Virus record (IMG/VR): IMGVR_UViG_3300045988_130119
Location: 21,023 to 85,022 of that record
Strand: one strand, 5' to 3'
Source: a virus
Length of the DNA: 64,000 nucleotides
The notes beneath the pieces were generated by a model. It saw only the letters and a program-made list of their open reading frames with translations, did not search any database and was not told where the DNA came from. Below are positions 57,426 to 64,000 of this stretch, piece after piece. A program made the position numbers and the translations under genes. How positions within the stretch are numbered: position 1 is the stretch's first letter; the number at the start of each line of letters is the position of its first letter.

Positions 57426-57797
57426 TTAGTTCCACCAATCTCTTAACTTTGTGACATTGTTTCTATTCTTCATTCTTATAACAAAGAACCACCATCTGTA
57501 TTTTATGTAATCATAAAACGTTAAAAAAACAATATAACTATTGTTCTTATTCACTTCCCATTCGTTGCAGGAAATATTCCCTCCGTTCTCAACCAAGATT
57601 TTCAAATATTTATTGGTAATTCCATAGTCAACTATAACTAAGCTGTTACCATTCACCTTTTCCTTAAATTCTTTATACTTTATGTATGAAAAATTATTCG
57701 TGGCAAATTTCTTATGGTCTAAATAGTCAAGAAAGACTACAACAAATTGCATTCCTACAATGAAACAAAAGCAAAAACATATAAGCATCTTAATCAC
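57426..57797 (-). CDS. small membrane protein
   Basis: N-terminal TM. Confidence 0.3.
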   Translation of the reverse strand: MIKMLICFCFCFIVGMQFVVVFLDYLDHKKFATNNFSYIKYKEFKEKVNGNSLVIVDYGITNKYLKILVENGGNISCNEWEVNKNNSYIVFLTFYDYIKYRWWFFVIRMKNRNNVTKLRDWWN

Positions 57798-58084
57798 CTC
57801 TCTAACAACCTTTTTAATTCTTTAATTAATTCTTCGTTCTTCATCTTGTCGGATTTCTCCAATGCTTCGTTTCTATAATACGTAGCATCATTCGCAATCA
57901 CTTCTGATTTAAAACAATCTTCCATCGGAACCTCGATTCCATGTACGAAGCCACATAGAGTACCATTCTTTGTTATTTTTATATACTCCAATTTTCTTTT
58001 AAATACTGAATACCATCCAGAACCTTTACTGTATTCACTTGTCCAGACTGTATCTCCTGGACAGAATCTACTATCTATTCTCAT
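57794..58084 (-). CDS. hypothetical protein
   Basis: ORF track. Confidence 0.3.
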   Translation of the reverse strand: MRIDSRFCPGDTVWTSEYSKGSGWYSVFKRKLEYIKITKNGTLCGFVHGIEVPMEDCFKSEVIANDATYYRNEALEKSDKMKNEELIKELKRLLER

Positions 58085-58093
58085 AATTTTCTC

Positions 58094-59671
58094 CTACGCC
58101 TGTAATTTCTTCTGCGTTTTTGTAAAGAGATATAAGCTATGTAACATAGCATCAAATCTTTCTTTTTGACTCATATCTTTTGGAAGCGTTTTATGACTGA
58201 TTGCATATCTTTGTAGCCATGCGTCCATGCTGATGTCATGTTTATATGTATAAGCAATCAATGCTATAATTGCGTTTTCATTGTCAGATGAAATAACCTC
58301 GGAATCTTTATCAATTATTTTTGATTTCACATATGTATTAATGTCATCAAAATAATCGTCAATATCATCTTCCGTTATTTCTGGATTTACATACTTTCTA
58401 ACAAAATCTAATGTTTCCATTTCAGAATCATCAAAAGTTTCTTCAACTTTCTTTTCAAACTCTTCTGTCTGAATTTCATCAACTTTTGATTCTTCTACTT
58501 CATTATTCTCTGCTGAATCTACAACAGAATCATTAGAAAAATATTCGTTCATAAGTGTTTCAAGAATATGAAGTTTGTTTGAAACAACGTATTTATCTTT
58601 TGTAGATTTTGACTCATCTAACGCTTTGTATGTACAATGATCAGTTTCTTCTCCATATATTTTCATAGGAGTTGCAAGTTCACAGTCTTTTTCTCTTAGC
58701 TTATCAATAAAAGTATCAAGAAATTCAGAGAATTTTTCGTCTGGAAGATTGAAATTATTTGTGAAATAATCAAACATCTTAATCCAAATAAATGTGTTTT
58801 TTGAAGTAAACAACACTTCATTTTCCTTTGTAACGATATTCGCAAGTCTATCTAAGATGGCTTTCATACCATTAAAATCATTTTCCGTTGCTTTTTCTTC
58901 AAGATACAAACCCTGTTTTTTATTATCTTTTGTCCAATCTTCAAAATAATTAAGAATCATAAGTGTCTCGATAACAATTTTGTTTACAGCACCTTTAATT
59001 TTTTCATTCTGGCTAATTTTTGTACAATTATCTTTGAAGAACTTATGTGCAGAAATTTCTTTAATTGTCTTTGCGATTGTATCAAGGTATGTAATGGTCT
59101 TTTCAGACCCATTCATGTTTGATTGTTTGTTATATCTGCGAATATGATATCCAACCTCTTCATTTGTACAATCAAGCTGCTTCACAATTGAAAATGAATA
59201 GCTTTCAAAATTACTCTGAAGCTCTGGTGGCAAATCTTTAAATGCTTTTCCACGAAGATCGAATTCAATTTCATCATAGATTCTTCTTCCGTTTTCCATA
59301 ACGAATGATCCGTCTACATCTTTTCTTGCTCTCAAAAAAGTAACGATTGGAAATTCAATGTTATTTCCAAGTCTAAAAGCTCCAAGCATATACTTCATCG
59401 GATATGTTAATCTCTGTATTCCATCAATCAACCAATTTTCAATAATCTTCTTACAACTCTCTTCATCAACATCAATCTGTTCACAAATTTTTATTGGATC
59501 AATATCTTCTCCTTTGATAATTGTGGCGATTTCTCCATCTCTATAATCAGTATTCCATCTACCAGGATTTCTCTGTAATGGATGGTCTGTTCTAAGTTCT
59601 CCACGCTCAAAATCTTCGATTAAAGTTTTTAACATACGGTCATCTTTCTTTGTTCTTTCAATTTTTGGCAT
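58094..59671 (-). CDS. DUF262 (ParB-like nuclease domain) protein with acidic C-terminal region
   Basis: N-terminal DUF262 signature ending in IDGIQRLT (DGQQR motif variant). Confidence 0.55.
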   Translation of the reverse strand: MPKIERTKKDDRMLKTLIEDFERGELRTDHPLQRNPGRWNTDYRDGEIATIIKGEDIDPIKICEQIDVDEESCKKIIENWLIDGIQRLTYPMKYMLGAFRLGNNIEFPIVTFLRARKDVDGSFVMENGRRIYDEIEFDLRGKAFKDLPPELQSNFESYSFSIVKQLDCTNEEVGYHIRRYNKQSNMNGSEKTITYLDTIAKTIKEISAHKFFKDNCTKISQNEKIKGAVNKIVIETLMILNYFEDWTKDNKKQGLYLEEKATENDFNGMKAILDRLANIVTKENEVLFTSKNTFIWIKMFDYFTNNFNLPDEKFSEFLDTFIDKLREKDCELATPMKIYGEETDHCTYKALDESKSTKDKYVVSNKLHILETLMNEYFSNDSVVDSAENNEVEESKVDEIQTEEFEKKVEETFDDSEMETLDFVRKYVNPEITEDDIDDYFDDINTYVKSKIIDKDSEVISSDNENAIIALIAYTYKHDISMDAWLQRYAISHKTLPKDMSQKERFDAMLHSLYLFTKTQKKLQA

Positions 59672-60404
59672 TACATTTTCCTCCTAATAAAATATGTACA
59701 TTTTTAAGTGTTCCAAATTCTCTGATTGCATCATTATATTGTTCTGTCGTGACACCCTTACATTTGATAATCATATCTTTCGAGTATCCGTCAAGTATGT
59801 ATTCAGCTACTATTCTTGCGTCTCTTGATATATTCTCCAGAAACTCATTGATAGTATTACTATATTCTTCCTTTGGCTCTTCATTTTCCATTACAATATC
59901 TTCAACATTATATTCTGACTCAAAATATTCCCATATTTCTTTTTCATTTCCTTCTTTTTCTGCTGTAGAATACATAGAAATATCAAATAGTGGACGCATA
60001 ATAATTTTTCCATTTTTATCTCTTTTGTAATCTTTTGTTTCTTCGTCTATTTCTGGTTCTAAAACACATCTACAAGATTTGGTTATATCCCTTCTATATG
60101 TCCAAAACTTCCTCCAGATATTTCCCCATAAAAATGTTTTGAATGACGCTTTGCTTTCAGGACTATATGTATAAATACTTTGAATGAAAACGTCTTCGCC
60201 AATTGCCATCAAATCTTCGTTAAAATACTTTGACATTTTTTTCTTTTTAATCAACTGATTCACAATGCTCTTTAACTCTTTCATATTATTTGAAAGGTAT
60301 TGATTAGCAATTTTTTCTGCTTGTTCTTTCGTCATTACCATTGAGTTATATTGATTTTCTGTAAAATACATTTTTATCACCACCTTATTCTTCTTCATCT
60401 TCAA
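59658..60404 (-). CDS. sigma-70-family factor-like protein (regions 2 and 4)
   Basis: FKTFLWGNIWRKF (region 2-like) and ISRDARIVAEYILDGYSKDMIIKCKGVTTEQYNDAIRE (region-4-like HTH). Confidence 0.45.
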   Translation of the reverse strand: MKMKKNKVVIKMYFTENQYNSMVMTKEQAEKIANQYLSNNMKELKSIVNQLIKKKKMSKYFNEDLMAIGEDVFIQSIYTYSPESKASFKTFLWGNIWRKFWTYRRDITKSCRCVLEPEIDEETKDYKRDKNGKIIMRPLFDISMYSTAEKEGNEKEIWEYFESEYNVEDIVMENEEPKEEYSNTINEFLENISRDARIVAEYILDGYSKDMIIKCKGVTTEQYNDAIREFGTLKNVHILLGGKCNAKN

Positions 60405-60981
60405 CTATTCTGAATGTATATTTCCTATCGAATAAACCATCTATAGCTTTTTGTGTATTAACTCTCGATACACAGGATGAGTCAATCTGCTTCAGAACAT
60501 TTCCTATAATTAGAAGCTCGTCCTTCATTCCTCTGCGTTTTGTTCTATCTTCACGTAATTTCTTATACAATAACCACCCATGATACATATCTTTTGGGGC
60601 TTCTAACTCAATTTTATGGAGAATGTTTAAGATATCGTTGTCGACAAGATGAATCTTTTCCTTCAATAATTCATATCTATCTTTTGCTTCTCTAAATACA
60701 TCCTCGCAACTTCCAAATTTTTCAATCCATCTAGTTACATCTCCCAAAAATTCATGTGTTTCATTCTTGGTGATTATTATTTCTTCTTTTTTGATTTTGA
60801 TATCAGGTATAGCAACAACCTTAAAATTCATTTTCTTCAGCGTTTTTGGAAGATTGTCTACAATATTCCTCGCTTTTGAATACTCAAACTCTCCTCGATC
60901 ACGCTCATTGCATGTTTCTGGCTTTCCATTCTTTGACAATTTGATATAAACTTTCTTTTTATTACAGATTGCATAGTCCAT
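60385..60981 (-). CDS. hypothetical protein
   Basis: ORF track. Confidence 0.35.
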   Translation of the reverse strand: MDYAICNKKKVYIKLSKNGKPETCNERDRGEFEYSKARNIVDNLPKTLKKMNFKVVAIPDIKIKKEEIIITKNETHEFLGDVTRWIEKFGSCEDVFREAKDRYELLKEKIHLVDNDILNILHKIELEAPKDMYHGWLLYKKLREDRTKRRGMKDELLIIGNVLKQIDSSCVSRVNTQKAIDGLFDRKYTFRIVEDEEE

Positions 60982-61194
60982 TTCTAACCACTCCTCTCTT
61001 AATTTCTTATTCTCTCAACAGTTTTTGTAAAAATGGGTAAACTTAATAGAACTAGACACGCACACGATAAATTGAAAAATGGTATAAAAATAAAACCATA
61101 CTTCAAAAATTGATGCCTAATTACACAAATTCTAAGTATTTTCATTTTCAATATTAAATTGTTGATAAATACCGGAAAAATTTGCAGAAATGCA

Positions 61195-61225
61195 TTGACT
61201 AATATTGCTTATTATGTATTATAAT
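61195..61225 (+). promoter_or_regulatory. sigma-A-type promoter on plus strand
   Basis: TTGACT (61195-61200) and TATAAT (61220-61225), 19-nt spacer. Confidence 0.4.
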
Positions 61226-61229
61226 ATAA

Positions 61230-61338
61230 ATAGGTATAGAGAATTGCCGTTCTCTTATACCAATCAATAGCATAACGCTATGTATGGAGAAGGTTGTACA
61301 GGGATTCGGGAAGTCTGCTGCAACCTTCTTTTCTTTTT
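61230..61338 (+). ncRNA. candidate small RNA (promoter to intrinsic terminator, about 110 nt)
   Basis: Downstream of the promoter; 9-bp stem AGAAGGTTG/CAACCTTCT followed by TTTCTTTTT at 61288-61338; no credible plus-strand ORF. Confidence 0.35.
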
Positions 61339-61427
61339 CCTTGTATATGATTATAAAACCGAACATATGTTTGTGTCAATATATTTTCGAACATTTGTTC
61401 TGTTTTCTGTTCGAATGATTATAAAAA

Positions 61428-61706
61428 TCATTCTCTTTTTGGAAATGCAATATTTCTTAAAATATTTCTTTCGCTAGTAATTTCACCATATAACGAGAAC
61501 ATTCCAAACATTTCCATATCATCATATGAAATTTCTCTCGCCAGATCAATTAAGGCTTTCCCCTCCGATTTCTTTTTCGGAACTGTCTTGTTGTGAATGA
61601 ATGTGTCCCTATCCATATAAAGAAAAATAACTTTATCTCCTGGAGCATCATCTATCATTTTCTTTGCAGTTTCCTTGTCCATAGCAATTCCTATTAAGTT
61701 TTTCAT
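61428..61706 (-). CDS. hypothetical protein translationally coupled downstream of MazF-like gene (candidate cognate antitoxin)
   Basis: ATGA overlap with upstream gene. Confidence 0.35.
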   Translation of the reverse strand: MKNLIGIAMDKETAKKMIDDAPGDKVIFLYMDRDTFIHNKTVPKKKSEGKALIDLAREISYDDMEMFGMFSLYGEITSERNILRNIAFPKRE

Positions 61707-62107
61707 GCTAAAACCTCCTCCCAGTTAATAGATTCACCATAGAACATTGTGTTAAAACAAATTTTATTTACCATATTACGTTCTTCTTCGTTCTCTATTG
61801 TTCCGAGTTTTCGAAGAACTTCATGTTTTTTATCTAATGTACATGGTTGTTCACCCAATACCATTGAATATAAAGATAATCCATTTTCACTTTTTGCTTC
61901 TATGCAGCCATGAACCGGCATTGACTTTCTTTTTATAACATGAGTTAAAGGCATCGCAATAATAGTCGGGGCTGTTGTTGTGCCTAACTCATTTCCAACA
62001 ATCACATATGGACGTTTCTTTCTTTGAATGTGTCCAGATTGTTCTTTTAGCACAATCTCCGCTTCTACTATATCATATCTGTGTAAAGACTCTTTGACTC
62101 TATCCAT
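61703..62107 (-). CDS. MazF/PemK/Kid-family mRNA-interferase-like toxin
   Basis: RPYVIVGNELGTTTAPTIIAMPLTH...LYSMVLGEQPCTLDK pattern. Confidence 0.6.
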   Translation of the reverse strand: MDRVKESLHRYDIVEAEIVLKEQSGHIQRKKRPYVIVGNELGTTTAPTIIAMPLTHVIKRKSMPVHGCIEAKSENGLSLYSMVLGEQPCTLDKKHEVLRKLGTIENEEERNMVNKICFNTMFYGESINWEEVLA

Positions 62108-62214
62108 ATGTAAACCTCCTTTCTAATTATGTATTGCTTACCTTTTATGTACTTATTGTAACTCTAAAATAACAATATGTCAATACGTAATTACATAAAT
62201 GTTATCAGAAAATG

Positions 62215-62250
62215 ACGTTTTATTTCTCTTTATGTTATGTTATAATAACA
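62215..62250 (+). promoter_or_regulatory. promoter/operator region of HTH regulator with near-perfect palindrome ATGTTATAATAACAT over the -10
   Basis: TATAAT at 62241-62246; palindrome centred on it; further ATGT-containing repeats and GTAATTAC palindrome in the divergent region 62110-62215. Confidence 0.4.
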
Positions 62251-62288
62251 TTACTTTCTTACATAGAAAATAAATGGAGGTATATCTA

Positions 62289-62636
62289 ATGAAATTATGT
62301 ATAAAGAAAGTATTCGACAATAACCATTATACTCAGCAAGAAATTGCAAATAAAATCGGTTCAGCAAGACAATATGTTGGAGCATTATGTAATGGCACAG
62401 CAAAAGAAATAAAGATTGAACAAATTATAAAACTTTGTGAAATTTTTGAATGTACACCAAATGATCTCTTTGAATTTACGGAAGAGGAAATCAAAAAATT
62501 CAACTTAAATCTTCCAGATGAGTCTACTACGCAAAGCATTATACACTATCTTCTTGAAAGTGGGATACTCGATGAGCATATTGATTCACGTATTCAAAAC
62601 ACTTTAGTAGAACATAAAGAAGACGATACCGAATAA
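62289..62636 (+). CDS. XRE-family HTH transcriptional regulator (cI/Cro-like; ORF-track start 62274 is probably inside the SD)
   Basis: HTH YTQQEIANKIGSARQYVGALCNG; GGAGG at 62277-62281, ATG at 62289. Confidence 0.7.
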   Translation: MKLCIKKVFDNNHYTQQEIANKIGSARQYVGALCNGTAKEIKIEQIIKLCEIFECTPNDLFEFTEEEIKKFNLNLPDESTTQSIIHYLLESGILDEHIDSRIQNTLVEHKEDDTE

Positions 62637-62670
62637 GTATCGTCTTCTTTATCTCATGACTGCAAAAAAA

Positions 62671-63687
62671 TTAAGATACTCTCATCTCATTAGCCATATT
62701 AATTGCCATTTGATACTTGTCTACATCGTTAGTTAGCATTCGTATAATTTCTCCAAAGTCATCTGATTTCAGTGAAATCACAGGCATGTTTTTGATTATT
62801 TCGTCACCTTTACCAGATAGAACATTATGGATAAATTCACCATGATCTTCCATTAATTGTCTGTTTTTCTCTTCTGTCAAACCAATATAATCCATTGTTG
62901 TCTGCAAATCAGAATGGCTAAATAGTTTTTGTAAAGAAAGCAAGCAATCTGGATCAAAAGGATGGGTTTTATGAATCCAATATCCAAAGGATTTTCTAAG
63001 ACTATGTGTACTAATTCTATATTTTATATTAGAATCTTTTGCTGCCTTTTTTAGTTTTTTCCTGTATCCATCTTCCTGCCATTTCACAACATCATCATAA
63101 GCAACTGAGTAATTATAGAATTCAAGCAATGTTTTATATTTATTTTGTTCTATAAAATCATTTCTTATTTTATTCTTTCTTTTATCCGAAAAATCTTTCC
63201 CATAAAATAAACATATCTCGTCAATATCATTAACGTTTATCATTTTGCTTAATTCTTCAAAATCATTTTCCATTTTAAGTACATTTTCTTTCCATTTAAT
63301 TTTTGCATCAAAAGTAAAAATATAATTATCTAAATGCTCTACTGGTTTAATATACGTATGTGAAATATAATTATCTACTGCCTCAAAAACCATGTTGCTT
63401 ACAGGGAGATTTGTTATCTTTTCTGTTTTCTGTTCTTCAATTGTATTAATCTCTTGTTTCCTTTCTCCATTTTCAAAATATAAGTCAGACCATTTCATCA
63501 TGACGATATCTCCAATACGTCTTCCTAGAAGTAATTCTAACAAAGTAATGAGATAGCCATCCCAATCATTTCTTCTTTCAAACCACTCTACTACATTCTT
63601 AATGTCTTCCATATTCCAAAATGGATATACTTCTGTTTTTCCTTTTTTCTTTGTTGCGTAATTTTTTGTTTGCGTCATATTTTTCAA
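62671..63687 (-). CDS. int: tyrosine recombinase / phage integrase
   Basis: R...HSLRKSFG...H...Y catalytic signature (RISTHSLRKSFGYWIHKTH, LFSHSDLQTTMDYIGL). Confidence 0.8.
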   Translation of the reverse strand: MKNMTQTKNYATKKKGKTEVYPFWNMEDIKNVVEWFERRNDWDGYLITLLELLLGRRIGDIVMMKWSDLYFENGERKQEINTIEEQKTEKITNLPVSNMVFEAVDNYISHTYIKPVEHLDNYIFTFDAKIKWKENVLKMENDFEELSKMINVNDIDEICLFYGKDFSDKRKNKIRNDFIEQNKYKTLLEFYNYSVAYDDVVKWQEDGYRKKLKKAAKDSNIKYRISTHSLRKSFGYWIHKTHPFDPDCLLSLQKLFSHSDLQTTMDYIGLTEEKNRQLMEDHGEFIHNVLSGKGDEIIKNMPVISLKSDDFGEIIRMLTNDVDKYQMAINMANEMRVS

Positions 63688-63959
63688 CCTGTCTTTCTTA
63701 TTGTATTATTCTCTATGTAAAATTCACTTCTTGCAATACTTGCAACATCAAATGCTTCCGTTACATCATCGCACCATCTTACTTCTAAATTTTTCTCTAC
63801 AGCTCCACATGATAAGCAATACAAATCTTTTATGTGCCACTTTTCACGTTGCCTTCCAAATCTCTGTATCCCATTTCCTAATTGATTTAACTCTATACAT
63901 TTCAAACATATAAACTGGCTACTCTTCTTTGGATTTCCATTTTTATATCTCATTCTCAA
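63684..63959 (-). CDS. zinc-finger protein upstream of int (possible excisionase/regulator)
   Basis: CLKC...CLSCG; 4-nt overlap with int start. Confidence 0.35.
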   Translation of the reverse strand: MRMRYKNGNPKKSSQFICLKCIELNQLGNGIQRFGRQREKWHIKDLYCLSCGAVEKNLEVRWCDDVTEAFDVASIARSEFYIENNTIRKTG

Positions 63960-64000
63960 AATTTATCACCTCCTTTTTCTTGTACAAAAAAAGGAACTAG

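Overview
AT-rich (~30% GC) window of low-GC Firmicutes type. It is almost entirely one co-directional, minus-strand block of early and middle genes from a large temperate phage or prophage. The only convincing plus-strand gene is an XRE-type HTH regulator at 62.3 kb. The right end carries a lysogeny module: tyrosine integrase, divergent HTH repressor with palindromic operators, and a MazF/PemK-like toxin pair. No virion, packaging or lysis genes are present in the window, so the element extends beyond it. Recognisable content includes a full replication module (RecD-like SF1 helicase, family-B DNA polymerase, DHH/RecJ-like exonuclease, DnaG primase, DnaB-like helicase, AAA_24 ATPase). Metabolic and accessory genes include FolD, a ClpP-like protease, two metallophosphoesterases, a NUDIX hydrolase, a P-loop kinase-HD fusion, a flotillin/SPFH protein with a phosphoribosyltransferase, two C5 cytosine methyltransferases, two sigma-70-like factors, an HNH endonuclease, a DUF262 protein and two DUF2829 (Tad2-like) proteins. 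A cluster of six tRNA or tRNA-like genes at 26.35-27.51 kb contains only two canonical tRNAs (both anticodon TTG). The others have intact acceptor, D and T arms but non-canonical anticodon arms. A ~20-bp palindrome (AATGAAAC-N4-6-GTTTCATT) recurs at least 10 times in 5' regions of minus-strand genes. At least seven genes are interrupted by in-frame stops or frameshifts, mostly at simple-sequence tracts. One methyltransferase looks like a permutation-by-duplication intermediate. All calls are from manual reading of the sequence and the ORF track, with no database searches.
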